Under the pieces are notes generated by a model. That model had not been told where the DNA came from, did no database searches, and was given only the letters and a program-made list of their open reading frames with translations. A program made the position numbers and the translations under genes. Below are positions 13,064 through 26,965 of a stretch of DNA of 64,000 nucleotides, piece by piece (the first letter of the stretch is position 1; each line of letters starts with the position of its first letter). The stretch is from Lama glama (lineage: Eukaryota): assembly GCA_028534125.1 (NCBI GenBank), contig CM052818.1, positions 6,760,001-6,824,000 of the forward strand, given 5' to 3'.

Positions 13064-13904
13064 AGAGGACACGTCGGCCAGCCAGGGCGTCTGCTGAAAT
13101 GGACTGCCCTCCTGCACTGCCTTCCATCCAGGACTTCTGTGAGGAGTGGACAGAGGGGGATCTGACTGGACTCATGGTGGGCCTCTGACCCAAGGAGAGC
13201 TCATCCACAGCCTGGACTTCAAAATATAAGGTGGCAGCGTCAGTCCCCTGTAATGAAAATGAAAAAGAACGTGGAAAGGAATGTACGTGTGTACATGTAT
13301 GACTGAAGCAGCATGCTGCACACCAGAAATTGACCCAACATTGTAAACTGACTGCAACTAAGAAAGTAAATCAGTAACTCTGAAGGGAAAAAGAAGATGG
13401 CAGAGTGTAAGGGGGCCTGCTCATTAGCTGGGCCACTCAGGCCAGGAATTTGCACCAAACGAAGGCCAAGCCCCAGAAGCAGTACCTGTGGCTCCCAAGG
13501 GGCCGGATAGGCTCTGGAGTTCTGTTCCATGTGTATCTAAAACACCCCTCCCTTTCCCTCAGAGTCTGGATACATTCCCTTACTCACCATTCATTCAACA
13601 AGTATGCACTGAGCACCAATTTGACTCAGGGCACAGTTCTGGATTCCAGAGATACAGCAGGGAGTGAAATGAGGCCTCTGTTTTCAGGGAGTTTGCGTTC
13701 TGGAGGAAGACTTCTTGCAACCAAATAGGAGAGCTAAATGCAAGAGGGATCCCACCGAAGGGCTTCCACAGTCATTCTGTCACGTTCTGTTAAACACTTG
13801 GAATGTGTTTAACTAAGTTAAGGGAGCTTGTTATGGAAGAGACTGTGTTAGCCAAAAGTGTAAACATATTTCAGAAGGATGAGACAAAATAATGTATCAC
13901 CTAA

Positions 13905-14110
13905 CTTTTTTAATTGAAATATAGCTAGTTTACAACGTTGTGTTAGTTTCTGCTGTACAGCATAGTGATTCAGTTATACACATACGTATATTCTTTTCCA
14001 TATTCTTTTTCATTATAGGTTATTACAAGCTATTGAATATAGTTCCCCGTGCGGTACAGTAGGACCTTGTTGTTTATGTATTTTATATATAGTAGTGTGT
14101 ATCCGCTAGT
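13905..14110 (-). mobile_element. L1 3' end (laurasiatherian-type)
   Basis: tttttaattgaaatatagctagtttacaacgttgtgttagtttctg...ctattgaatatagttcccc. Confidence 0.8.
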
Positions 14111-14549
14111 CTCAAGTATCATGGAGTCTTCACTGTCAACGTATGAAGTACGTATGCATTCAGGCTACAGAGATGGTGGGAGGTACCTGGAGGTATGCTT
14201 TAATTTTCCAGAATTGTACTTTAGAGAGTGTTTGTTTCTAAACAGCCTGATCTGAAAATGGTTTGGAAAAGGCTCTCGGCCCCCACTTTTATGCTGAACA
14301 TTTTTAAGTACTATAATAGGATACAAAAAAAAAAAAGAGAGAGAGAATCACTTATTTTAAATGTGTAAACTCATGAGAAAGACTGAGTCTTTTTCTATAG
14401 CATTTAGTAGCAAAATGACAAAAGTAGTGTTCTTAATGGTGTTTTATGAAGTAATAGTTAATGCATAAAATGGAGCAGTTAGCAACATTTGGAATTCTGA
14501 TGTTCCTCAGCCTCCACCTATCCCCTTGTTTTCTGCATCAGGAAGCAGT

Positions 14550-14750
14550 GAAGCACAGCAGTTATGGACAGAGGTTTTACAGTCAAACATACTTGGGTTC
14601 TAATCTCAGCTCTGCCTCTTGGGAGCCATGTGGCCTTGGGAAAGTTACCTAACCTCCCTGAGCCTCAATTTCCTCATCTGTAAAGTGGGAATAATAAAAA
14701 TACCACCTTCACAGAATTATTATAGGAGTTAAATTTTTAAAATACATGTA
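14550..14750 (+). mobile_element. MIR SINE
   Basis: Core ccttgggaaagttacctaacctccctgagcctcaatttcctcatctgtaaagtggg. Confidence 0.8.
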
Positions 14751-15989
14751 ATTCAATACCTTTCGACTTTTATGAATCACTGTACACACTAAAAGATATT
14801 CCCATCTCCTCCTGCCACAATGACCCAGCGTTACCACTGGGAGTGTTATCCTCTCATGTCATCCTCCCCCACCTTCTCCTCCAGATTTGGATCTTCTTAT
14901 CTACTGCTGCTGTATGTAGCCTCATGGTGGTGCTCATCGATTCCTGTCTCTAAGCTGTGGTCTCTGGGTTTTCCCAATATTTCCAGTCCTCAGAGCCCAA
15001 GAACAGCACTGAAACAAACAGAGTGGGGAGGAAGGAACCTCCTCCTCTTCTTTCCCTGTTATGGACAGGTCTCCCAAAGCCTCACCTTGAATAGTCCCAT
15101 CAATTTCTGCCTCTAACTCTCTCTCACTAGTGAGCTTAAAATCAGTCTAAGGAACTAGATGGATGCCGAAAGCCCTTCTATCTCCTTCTATTCTCCAGTT
15201 CCTTAACCTCAGCCTCCACCTGTCCCCAGACTTCCTCTCCACATTCCGTTACAAAATAAAAACTCCTTACATATGATTGTGTACATGCTAAGTGATACTG
15301 ACCTGGATGTAGGGTTGATGGCAGAAGTAAGGTGTCTATGCTGAGAGTAGCCAAACAATTAATGCCCTGTTTTATACATAAGTGTTTGGATAGTAATTGC
15401 ACTTCATCCCACATATGACAACTCTCTTTTCCAACTTGTAATTCAATTGGCTAGTATAGAGTATAATTTTGTACACAATTCGCTCTACTGGAGATAGACA
15501 CTCAATTTTTTCTATTATTGACAGAACAAATCAATTCGGCAGACCATGTCAGATATTTATTAATAGGGTTTTGGGCAATGAAAAGAAATGCGGTGCTGCT
15601 CCCACCTTGCTTTCCCTGTGGGTGAGAGGAACAAAATTAATTCTCAAGTCTTAATGATCTGAATGTTTTTTGAGTCCAGTGAACTGACTCCAAGGTTGAG
15701 ACTTTGAAAAAAAAGAATAGAGAAGGTAGTTCCTTTCTTTTGAATTGTCCAAATGAGCTTATATGGGTGGGATTTCAGGAAAGACTGAAATGGTTGGATT
15801 AACCACAGTGCAATCTGGCAGGCCATCTGGAAATACATGTGACCAAATTCCAAGGAACAGTGAGTGTGTCCACGTATATCAGAGTGATGTCATGCCCTTT
15901 GCCCCAGAGAAAAGGGCTTTTTGTGAATGGGGTATTATGGCTGCACATTTTTTACGTACATAGAGTCTTTTTATATTGCGAATGTTCCA

Positions 15990-16485
15990 ATTTAATTTTG
16001 TTTACTGTGGCAAATTACATATAACATAAAATTTATCATTTTTATCACTTTAAGTATATAGTTTATTGGCAGTAAGTGCATTGTTGTGCAAACCATCACC
16101 ACTTTCCATCTCCGGACATTTCTGTACCATCCTGAAGAGAAATCCTGTGTCCGTTAAATAAACACCTTCGGTTCCGCCTTCCCCCAGCCACTGGCAGTCA
16201 CCATTCTACTTTGTCTCTATGAATCTGACAGTTCAAGATACCTCATATAAGTGGAATTGTACAGTATTTGTTGTTTTGTGATTGGCTTATTTCACTTAGC
16301 ATAATGTCCTCAAGTTCATCTGTGTTGTAGCACATATCAGTTTCTTTCCTTTTTAAGGCTGAATAATATTCCATTGTATATATGTTTCACATTTTGTTAT
16401 CCATTTTATCCATCTGTGGATGAGAATTTAGGTTAATCCTGCCTTTTGGCTACTGTGAATAATGCTGCTATGAACATGGGTATAG
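15990..16485 (-). mobile_element. Old L1M 3' end
   Basis: catctccggacatttc...cctcatataagtggaattgtacagtatttg...gaataatgctgctatgaacatgg. Confidence 0.8.
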
Positions 16486-17211
16486 GGCAAGATGAAAGGT
16501 GTATTTCTTACTGAGCACTTTACAATTATGTCAAAATACTTTGAAAATTACTTTTGCATGAAAAAAAATTTTTAAATGTAAGCATATTTTTCAGATAATG
16601 CGGTTAAGAAATACTTAAGAAATACTTAAGAAAAAATGAAAGAATATATGTGATAAATCTAAAACAAATATGAAAAGTTATTGGAAAAGTTAGAAGAATT
16701 TCAACAAATGTCATTCTATGTATCCTAATGGGTAGATGACTGTCATTAGGTCTATGAACTACACAGTTCAAAGATAGGTATCCGCTCTTGACTGCCTGTG
16801 TGATTTAATAATTCCATTTGGATTCAAAATCCAGTCAGAGAAGAGCATGGGGGAAAATTTGATCAAATTGTAGAGTTCCCTTAATGAAAGAATCTTGTAT
16901 TTTCTTTTTGATATAAATTCCAGTTTTCACCTGCAACTTTTGACCTTCAGGTATAAAATGAATATAGTTTGTTCAAAAAATGTTTATTAAATCCAAACAT
17001 TAATATACATTTTTTGAATGAATTAAATGTGTTTAAGGGGAGATGTACCCAGTGGAAAAAAAATGAAGATAGTCTGAATATATATTTAACATTAAAAGGA
17101 ATATATATTTATAATTGAATCACCATGCTGTGCACGAGAAATTAGCACAACATTGTAAACGGACTATACTTCAATTTAAAAATATATATATTCAGAGCAA
17201 ACATACTAAAC

Positions 17212-17416
17212 CAGTGGTTCTCAATTGGAGAACTATGAGGCATTTGGCAATGTCTGAAGGTGGTTTTGGTTGTCACGACTCCAGGGCTACTGACACCCAG
17301 TAGGTAGAAGCCAGGAAGCCGCTAAACATCCTGCATTGCACAGGACAACCCCCACAGGAAAGACTTATGTGGCCCAGAATGTCAAATGTCAATAACGTCA
17401 CTGTTGAGAAACCTGG
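17212..17416. mobile_element. MER20 hAT DNA transposon
   Basis: Termini cagtggttctcaa / ttgagaaacctgg; internal catttggcaatgtctgaagg; 8-bp TSD tactaaac / cactaaac. Confidence 0.85.
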
Positions 17417-18149
17417 CACTAAACAGACAAAATGCATTGAACAATTACAATCAACCCGGACAGAATAGATGTTGGAAGGTAGTGGGTCACAGTGAGGCTC
17501 TATTTCCACTTCTCGTAAGGAATGCTGATTATGGGGTCTGATGTTTCCTTTTCTCTCTCTTTCTCCTCTCCTTCACCCTTCCTTGCCTCCTTCCTTTTTA
17601 TGGTGACATGAAAGAAATTTATCTACCATTTCTCCACTCGTTTTGGACTTTCAGCATTATTTCAAAGTGGTAAGAAATGTGATGGGAGGAAGGGGGTTCA
17701 GATTGGAAGTCAGGTAGCCTGGAACCAGTTCTACTACGCTGAAGTAGAAAGTACTGACTGTGTGACGACAAGGCATGGTTTTCCTGACCATCTGTTCCCT
17801 CCTCTCACAAATGGGTAGGGCCACTTTTCTTCATGGGCTCTGCTCCAGCTGTGCTGGGAGTTCACTGCCGGTGTCACTTCGGATTCGCTCATGCCTCATT
17901 TGGACTGGTGGTGCCTGAGCTAAACATTTTTACCACTGCCACAGAAAGTGGATATAATAACTTTAGTGCCCACCCCAAAGGGTTTGGAAGGATCTTGTAC
18001 AGTAACTAAAAATACTTTCAAAGAATAACAATCATAAATGTAAGGTTCCAAGGAATGAAAGGATATTAAAATGCCAAAAACGACAATCCGAAGATCAAAA
18101 TATGCACAGCCCCATCTGGGGCTTCAGATGAGGTTGTTTTAAATTTGGC

Positions 18150-18270
18150 TTGCTTTTGAGGGGGAGGTAATTAGGTTTATTTATTTATTTTTAGAGAAGG
18201 TACTTGGTATTGAACCCAGGACCTCATGCATGATAAGCATGCATGCTACCACTTGAGCTATACCACCCCC
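18150..18270 (-). mobile_element. Vic-1-type SINE (long-tail form)
   Basis: Reverse complement ggtatagctcaagtggtagc...gtcctgggttcaatacc...aaataaataaacctaattacctccccc. Confidence 0.85.
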
Positions 18271-20100
18271 AGCAAATGTGTTATGCTTTTTAAACTAAGT
18301 CTTTGTTTCTGCTACCATTTAATTTGGGGGAAACAAAGGCCATTATGGCCTTGAAACTTATCGCAGAGTAGTTCAAATCCTTTATTTTGGTCACAGGAGA
18401 GCAAATTATGACAGAAAAGAAAAACGTCTTCTAAATAATTGGGTCATCATGGCGTGGATTCATACGAGCCCTTCTGGGACAAGATTTATTCACTTCGTAA
18501 ATAATCCTGTGTGCTCATTAAGCCGCAGATGCGTGTTCTTGCATGCAGCTCATTCCTTTCCTTGCCACCTGGACTAGATGCGTTGTCTTTGGAGTTGTCT
18601 TGGGAAACAGGTGCACTTGGTTCAGAGTCAGGCAGGTGTAAGATGTCTCAAGAGCAGTGAAATTTTATGCTCATCAATTTTGACAACCCATGCTCTAGAT
18701 TAACTAACAGGGCTTTCTCTCTCTCTTAATTAACTGGTGGATCAATTAATAAAAATTACCAGACAGGACAAGTCTCTTGCCTCCTGAAACTCTGGATAAT
18801 CTGTCGTAGTCTATATTTAAGGCTTGAGATGGAGCTTTATGAAATGCCAACCTGTCCTAATTTCTTTCACCAAAACCATTAAAATATATTTGCTTAGAAT
18901 GAGCCAACGTCCTCTGATGTGGCAATAATGAAAAATAAACATAGATGTTGAATGGATTTTCTTTTAATAATAAAGAACGTAATAAGGAACTCCCACCTTT
19001 CTGTAGTAGCCATTTACAAGAGACCTATTTATGGTGAAAGTGGACAATATGAGATTTGCTTCCTAAGACTGCCTTGTGGGGCAATGCTACTCAGGGTGGG
19101 ATCCGGGGACTGTGACCAGTCAGCAAACTGTTTGTTACTTGTCTGTGACAGCGTAAGCACAGAAATTGAGAGGAAGCATCTAGGAATGTTCACAGCGACC
19201 TAAGCATGTGATTGTTTTTCTAGTGCTTTATTTCCATTTCAAAAAGTATCAGTAGATGTTGGATTGGAAATGAAAAACTCTGGTCCTTCACTGCAGATAG
19301 TTTGAGAAGTGCTGTTATAGGGAATTCTTTCAGCACTATGCTATCTTCTCCAAGGATAACTGTCCTCATAAATTTTTCTTAGGCCACAGAATAATACTAT
19401 TCTGTCCTTCTGAGCTGCTGTGCTTCAAAGTGTGAAGACATACAACATCCAGCGTTTTCACCTGCAAAGCCCAGCTCTTTGATGGAGAGCCAGTTTCTGT
19501 TCCTTCTGCCCCTGTAGTCTCTTTAACCCTTTCCTGACAGGACTCATTTCCTTCCAGATCTTGGGCAGTGTCAAAAGGGCGCCCTTTGTAAGGTGTCTGG
19601 GATATGCTGGACGGGCCCCAACGGTTAGAGGAATGCTAAGGATGATCTCTTCTCTCTGGTGCCTCCACATTCCTCGGTCTCATTCCAGATGGAGTTGTGT
19701 GCTATTATCATTCTTGCATCAGCGGCGAGTCGGGTTAGCTGAGATGTGAGGGAACTGGTAACAGGAGATGAGATGACCTTCCCACAGTCCATCATGTTGT
19801 GAAGGAAGCAGCGCTGACTTAGGCGCCCTCCTGGTGTCCCTGGTATCCTTTCAACCTGCATGCCCCTCCCCACCCTGCTAAGCACAGACAGGAGCCTCTC
19901 GAGGATCCAGGGCTCCTCTGGCAGGTGACACAGCATCTAATGGAAACTGATAGGTTTAGAGTCTCTTTGGTAGACCTATATCTGCTTTTTGGAGGAATAT
20001 GTGTATATTGGGGGGGGGAAATGGACAATTTTTTTAATTAAAAACTTTCCAACCCAGAATTAACAAATGCTAATTTTCTTTTTTCCCAGATATTTTTCTC

Positions 20101-20310
20101 TTTTTTTTAACATTTTTTATTGAGTTATAGTCATTTTACAATGTTGTGTCAAATTCCAGTGTAGAGCACAATTTTTCGTTATACATGAACATACATATAT
20201 TCATTGTCGCATTTTTTTTGGCTGAGCTACCACGAGATCTTGTATATACTTCCCTGTGCTATACTGTATAATCTTGTTTATCTGTTCTACATATGTCTGT
20301 CAGTATCTAC
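20101..20310 (-). mobile_element. Young L1 3' end (same subfamily as 1089..1277)
   Basis: Near reverse complement of 1089..1277: ttattgagttatagtcattttacaatgttgtgtcaaattccagtgtagagcac. Confidence 0.85.
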
Positions 20311-20477
20311 ACCATTTGTATTTAAAGGACTAACACATTAAGTTCTCTCCAGTCTCAATCTTCTTCCCTCCCTTCCCAGGTATATTTACTATCATGAAGT
20401 GGGCAGGTACACTTTCTGTCTCTGCTTTTATATTCTTCCTATATTATTTATTTTAATAAACACTTATATACACTATA

Positions 20478-20990
20478 TAGATATCTGTTGCTGCATTACA
20501 AATCACCCCAACACTTACTGGTGCAAAGTGACAACAATAACTGTGTATTATCTCTCACGGTTCTGTGGGTTGACTGAGCTCAGTTGGGTGGTTCTCTCAT
20601 AAAATTGCAGTCAGATGGTGGCTGGGACTGGAGTCATCCCGGAAAGCGTCCTCATTCACGGATCTGGTGGCTGATGATGGCGGTTGGCTAAGACCTCATC
20701 TAGGGCCATTAGCCAGAACACCTACATGTGGCCTCTTCGTGTGGCCTGGACTTTTTTACAACATGGTGGCTGGATTCCAGGAGTACCAGGTCAAAGTTGT
20801 ATCACCTTTTATGATCTGTATTCAGAAGCACATGGTGTTTTTTCCGCCATAGTCATAGGCCCACCCAGATTCAAGAAGAGGGAACATAGACCCTCCCACT
20901 TCTCAACGGGAAGAATATAAATGTCACAATGTAGGATGATCATGTAGGATGGGAAATCTTATTGTGGCCAGCTTGGAAAATACAATCTAT
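20478..20990 (-). mobile_element. MaLR LTR (old MLT1 subfamily)
   Basis: gttgctgcattacaaatcacccc...tctcacggttctgtgggttgactg...cccagattcaagaagagggaacatagacc. Confidence 0.7.
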
Positions 20991-21300
20991 GCAAGCACTT
21001 ATTCTGTGCCAGGTACTATTCTAAGTGTTTTACAAATAGTACAGTCAAGATGTGGTACTATTTTGTCTGTTTTTAATCTTTTTATAAATGGCAGCATATG
21101 TTATATATCATTCTGTAACTTTTTTTTTTGCTCCACTTTATAGTTTTGAGCTCTACTTAGCTGATACATGAGGGCTAATTCATTTCTTTAAATTGCTATT
21201 TTGTATTGCATGGTAGGACTACATCACAATTTATTCATTCCTTGTGTCCATTTATCTCCTTTTTTTAAGTTTTGCATATAATACCGTTTGGCTTTTTTAA

Positions 21301-21753
21301 TTCTTTTTTTTTTATTAAAGTGTAATTGATTTACAACGTTAGCTTCAAGTGTACAGCAAAATGATTCATTTCTACATGTACTTTTTTCTCCAGATCTTTT
21401 CCATTATAGCTTATTATAAGAAATTGAATCTAGTGTCCTGTGCTATGCAGTAGGTCCTTGTTGTTTATTTTATATATAGTAATGTGTATCTGTTAATCCC
21501 AAACTCCTAATTTATCCCTCCCCCTACTTCCCCTTTGGTAGCCGTAGTTTGTTTTCTATGTCCGTGAGTCTATTTCTGGTTTGTAAATAAAATCTGTATA
21601 ATTTTTTTAGAGTCCACATATAAGTGATATCATATGATACTTGTCTTTCTGTGTCTGACTTACTTCACTTAGTATGATAATCTCTAGGTCCATCCATGTT
21701 GCTGCAAATGGCATTATTTCTTTTTTTTTTAATAGCTGAGTAATATCCCATTG
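21301..21753 (-). mobile_element. L1 3' end
   Basis: Poly-T, gatttacaacgtt..., tccacatataagtgatatcat, ctctaggtccatccatgttgctgcaaatggc. Confidence 0.85.
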
Positions 21754-21844
21754 GTCTTACATACAGTGAGGAATGTCCAGGCTGGTGAAAATTATGCAAA
21801 CATATTTGCAAGATATGCAAAATTTGCAAACATTTGCAAGAAGA

Positions 21845-21990
21845 GGGGAGGGTATAGCTCAAGTGGTAGAGCACACGCACAGCATGCACAAAGTCCTGGG
21901 TTCAATCCCCAGTACCTCCCCCAAATAGAAATAAATAAACCCAATTACCTCCCCCTCATAAAACAAAACAAACAAACAATGAAATAACTA
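21845..21990 (+). mobile_element. Vic-1-type SINE (long-tail form)
   Basis: ggggagggtatagctcaagtggtagag...gtcctgggttcaatccccagtacctcc...aaataaacccaattacctcccc, A-rich tail. Confidence 0.88.
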
Positions 21991-22319
21991 AAGAAAATGA
22001 GGCTGCTTGGTCAGAAAAACCGGAAGACCAAAAAGGGTTATGATGACAGTCCTCAATATGTAGGAAAAGCAGTCATATGGAAGAGAACTTGAGTTATTAT
22101 TTGTCACTCCAGAGAACAGATTTACTTACTGACTCCATTTTCTAGACATGGTCAAGCAGAAGCGAATGGCCAGCTTTCCAGATGCAGTGGGGCACTGGGA
22201 ACCTGGAGGTCTAAGGATGGACTTTGCAGGTCCAGTGAGGCCCCTGGAGATGTTGGCAAACTGTTAGTGAAAGTGCTGAATCTTTCGAAACAGAGTTCCT
22301 AGCTTTTTGTCTCAAAATT

Positions 22320-22720
22320 CATAACTCCAAATCTAATTATGAGAAAACATCAGACAAATCCCAAATGGAGGGGAATTCTACTAAATACTTCACCAGTACA
22401 TTCAAAAGTGTCAAATTCATGAAAAACAGGAAGGGACTAAGAAGCTGTCATAAATGGGAGGAAATATGATGAGTAAATGGCATGTGGTATCCTTAATTAG
22501 ATTTTGGAACAGAACTTAGATGTTAGTGGAGGAACTGTAAAATCCAAATAAAATCTGTTGCTTAGTATTGTACCAATGTTAATTTCTTACCTTTGATAAA
22601 TGTGCAGTTATCAGGTTCAATGTTAACATTAGGGAAAGCTCAGTGAAAGGTGTATGGGAACTCTCTGTACCATCTTTGGGTTTTCTATAAATTTAAAATT
22701 ATGTCAAGACAAAAGTTAAA
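22320..22720 (+). mobile_element. Old L1MC/ME 3' region
   Basis: atgagaaaacatcagacaaatcccaaat...gtatgggaactctctgtaccatctttg. Confidence 0.65.
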
Positions 22721-23550
22721 GAATATAATTTCAATGAAAACAAAAGTATGGAAGCACAGAGAGGTTAATTGATTTCTTAGGATCACATAACAGATAGTGG
22801 TTTATCTGAAATTAGAACTCAAGTCTCTAGACCCAAACCCAGAATCATTTATCCTAAAGTGAATCTCCAATAGGCCACCCTAACCGTGGGGTCCGTAATT
22901 CTCCTGCTGATCTTGGTGGATATATTTATGAATTAAACTTCTTTTGAACTTGCTGAGTAGGAACCAAATAAGATTCTTCCAACTATAGTCTTGCAACACT
23001 GCAAAGCCACTCTCCCATTCTCAGAGGCAACCATTTATAACTTCCTCCACTCCTGTCTTCTGACCCTATCACCTTCTTCCTCGCACCCTCTGGTGGTCCA
23101 ATCTACTTGGCAGCAGGAATAGAAGCCATCAGAGAACTTCCTCAACTTCCTATGACCCAACCTACACACCAACCTGCCTCTCTCCATCCCTAGCATTCCA
23201 CCAAAAGAAGTCTTCCCCATCATTGTGCCCTTCACCTATACCCTGGACTTTCCTACTGCTACCATTTCAGGGAGTACCTTTACCTATCCATAAACCTCTC
23301 CCCAACTTCCCCGTCTCTACCTGTCTACTGACATCTTTAAACATAGTTTCTTATCTTCAATCTTAAGAAAGTATTTCCTCTTTAAACAATGATACTTCAA
23401 TAAAAAAAATTCTCGATCGTACATTCACCTTAGACATCTGTCTTGCCCTTCACAGCCAGACTTCCTGAAAAAGTTCTCTCTCCACCTCCCACTTCACTGT
23501 TCTTTTTCTGTTTGAGTCCTCTGAGCTTTTGACACTATGAAGCAGACCAT

Positions 23551-24263
23551 TCTTTTTTTTTTTAAATTGAGATATAATTCACCCACTTAAAGTGTACCAG
23601 GCAATGGTTTTTAGTATATTAACAGATATGAACAACCATTACCACAGTCAGCTTTTCATCACCACACAAGGAAACCCAGGATCCCTTAGCTGTCATTCCC
23701 CTTTCTCCCTGTCCTCCAACCCCATCCCTAGGCAATCATTAATCTACTTTCTCTCTCTTTAGATTTACCTCTTCTGGACTTTCATATGAATGGAATCACA
23801 TAATATGTGGACTTTTGTAACTGGCTTCCCTCTCTTAGCATGATGGTTTCAGGATTCATGCAAGTTATAGCATGTATCAGTACTTCATTCCTTTTTATTG
23901 ATGAATACTATTCCATTGTATAGATATACCACATTTCACTTATCCATTCATTAGTTGATTGGCATTTGGGTTATGTATACTTTTTAGCTATTATGAATAA
24001 TGCTGCTATAAACATTTGTGTACAAGTTTTTGTGTGGGCATATGTTTTCATTTCTCCTAGGAGTGGAGTATCTGGGTCATAAGGTAACCCTATGTTTAAT
24101 CATTTGAAGAACTACCATGCTGTCTTCCCAAGCAGTCACACCATTTTACATTCCCATCAGCACTTTATGAGAGTTCTGATTTCGCCACATCCTTGTCAAT
24201 ACCTGCTATTATCTGACTCTTCCATCTAGCCATCCTAGTGGGTGTGAAGTGGTTTCCATTGTG
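23551..24263 (-). mobile_element. L1MB-like 3' region
   Basis: ttgagatataattcac...tggaatcacataatatgtg...ccattttacattcccatcagc...gccatcctagtgggtgtgaagtgg. Confidence 0.85.
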
Positions 24264-25602
24264 ACACACCATTATTCTTGAATATAAATGATTACCTTGG
24301 CTTCCATGAAGCTACACTCTTAGGATCAAAGTATAATTTTCAAAAAAAGCTGAAAAACATGACTGTTACACCAATCTAAAATGAAAATGTGTCAAAATGT
24401 AATCAGTTCATCAATTAATGAGGACATCAGTAAGACGGTAGAGCTAGCTCAAAGAGTATTTTGAGAAACTAGAGTTTATAAAATCCTTTAAAAAATAATT
24501 TTAGTTTAGAACATGCAGGTTAGAGACAAAGTTGGTTAATGTCCTACAGGGTAAGAACCCATAACTTTTGAGGTTACCAGGTGGTATGCTGGAGCCCTGT
24601 CAGCTGATTGTTAAATACTCAGATGCTTTGTTAGTGAGTCCCTCTTCCCTCAAGCAGTTTACTGGCATACTATTTCCACTAGAAAGAAATTATTTGAATC
24701 TTACCAGACACAACTTAAGATGTTAGTAAGAACTTTTACAGAGTCTCGGTCCTTAATTCATAACAAAGAACAAAGCCAAACATGGTCCATTCTCTTAAAA
24801 AATGGCATCTTCCTTGGGTGGGCTGGTTACACAGTGCTTCACCTTAACACTGAAAGAACATGCAGTCACCCTTGTCACCTCATTTCCAAGTTTTGAACAA
24901 TTTTTTAATGCTAATTTTCCTCCAACCTCTCTAGCGCCTCCTTTTTCATCTCCTTTGGGGGCTTCTTTTCCTCTAATTACCTTCCCTTAAATAATGGTGT
25001 TCATCAAGGCTTTATTTTCAGGGATTTTTCTGGGGTCTGTTTTCAGTCCTCTCAATCTTCCCACTTTGCTGCCTAATTAACTACCACTCATCTTTTAACC
25101 TGTCTCTGTCAAAAAAGCCTTCCTGACTCCCCTCTTTGAGAGCACTTACCACAGTTCTTATAAACAATTTATTGTGTAATTAGTTATTTAATGTCTGTCT
25201 CTCCCACTAGACCATAAGCACCATGACAGCAGGGAACATGACTGTCCTTTTTACTTCTGAAATCCTCAGAGCTTAAATAACTATTTGTTGAATAAATGAA
25301 TGAATGAGTGAGTGCATGAACGGAGAAATAAACAGATGGTAGATGGTGATCTCGTCATTCCCTTCCATGGCCTCAGTTTTCAGTATATTAGTGATTTAAA
25401 AATGTATCTTGCCAACTCTCTTTCTCTTTTGAAACTGAATTATAAAATGATATTCAGGGAAGATCTCTTGTTATATTTAAACACAAAGTGCTAGAACATC
25501 AGAATTCCATGTAGATATTTTTGAAAATGCCAGTGTCAACCAAGGGGGCAGACAATTCAGCGATTGCTTGATCTAGGAAATAGTACTTGATTGCTCACAA
25601 AA

Positions 25603-26110
25603 TGGTGGGAGACGATTCTCCACGAGTCGCTCATGTTTCTTTATGTCTCGTGAGCAGAGGCACCAACAGACTTTGGTTCTGAATTATCTTTTCAAGGATG
25701 GCGTAGCCTGGGAAGATGGAAATAGACTCTCCCTCCAGAGCAGAAGGTTTGTTTGCTGTGCGGTGTAATAAAGATAATGTCTCCCTCTGGGGCAAAGCTT
25801 GGGCAATGGGTTTGCTTGCTGCCCACCGTACAAAACTGGAGTTTCCTAAGCGTGAGACTCCTCTCCTGGAATGCAGTCCAGGGATGTGCAGGCATCACCT
25901 GGCCCTTGCTCTGTCACATAAAGGAACTGGACTCAGAGGACTGATGCAAGAAAGTGATAGTTCTCTGGCTACTGCTCTTGCTTTGAGTGATAAACTGTCC
26001 TTTGTTACCAACCCAGGAGATTTGTCTTTGGTCAGCCTCCACAGAACTGTGGCAGAACTTGTTAGCTTGTAGGTAGGATAAAAGTCTCCAGTCCTTCACA
26101 GGTCTTGACA
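25603..26110 (+). mobile_element. ERVL solo LTR (LTR40-like)
   Basis: tggtgggagacgattctcc...cttcacaggtcttgaca; 5-bp TSD-like caaaa / caaag. Confidence 0.7.
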
Positions 26111-26465
26111 CAAAGTGGCTATTTATTAATTGTCCGATGAACAGGAAGAAATGGCTTAAGCATTTTATATCCTAATATAATTGATGGTCACTTACTTTAT
26201 AGGGTTTTAGTTATGTCTTACAAGACTGATTAGAAGTTTGGGGTTGATGTGTAACTGATTGTACTCTTTCCTCTTTAAATAATACCATATAGGCTACAAG
26301 CTGGGGCTTTTACACAGCTTCTACTTTTCAGAAGAGCTTTTCTCATAGTGAGTGGAAGATGCCTGTGCATTTCTCCATATTTCCAGGTATGTGGTTTTGG
26401 AAGTACCTTCACTCATTCTCTCCAGTGTAAGCTTAGCATTGCCAACAACTACCTCAAAGGCAAGA

Positions 26466-26965
26466 NNNNNNNNNNNNNNNNNNNNNNNNNNNNNNNNNNN
26501 NNNNNNNNNNNNNNNNNNNNNNNNNNNNNNNNNNNNNNNNNNNNNNNNNNNNNNNNNNNNNNNNNNNNNNNNNNNNNNNNNNNNNNNNNNNNNNNNNNNN
26601 NNNNNNNNNNNNNNNNNNNNNNNNNNNNNNNNNNNNNNNNNNNNNNNNNNNNNNNNNNNNNNNNNNNNNNNNNNNNNNNNNNNNNNNNNNNNNNNNNNNN
26701 NNNNNNNNNNNNNNNNNNNNNNNNNNNNNNNNNNNNNNNNNNNNNNNNNNNNNNNNNNNNNNNNNNNNNNNNNNNNNNNNNNNNNNNNNNNNNNNNNNNN
26801 NNNNNNNNNNNNNNNNNNNNNNNNNNNNNNNNNNNNNNNNNNNNNNNNNNNNNNNNNNNNNNNNNNNNNNNNNNNNNNNNNNNNNNNNNNNNNNNNNNNN
26901 NNNNNNNNNNNNNNNNNNNNNNNNNNNNNNNNNNNNNNNNNNNNNNNNNNNNNNNNNNNNNNNNN
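26466..26965. other. Assembly gap (500 N)
   Basis: Run of exactly 500 N. Confidence 1.

Noticed and set aside
16604..16633. Short tandem repeat ttaagaaatac x ~2.7 (similar small duplications at 43073 and 49911)
   Set aside because: Ordinary slippage duplications with no spacer structure; not CRISPR-like or otherwise functional.
25535..25555. CTCF-like AGGGGGCAG (similar cores at ~7853 and ~19822)
   Set aside because: Only the right half matches the consensus; several mismatches in the CCASY half.
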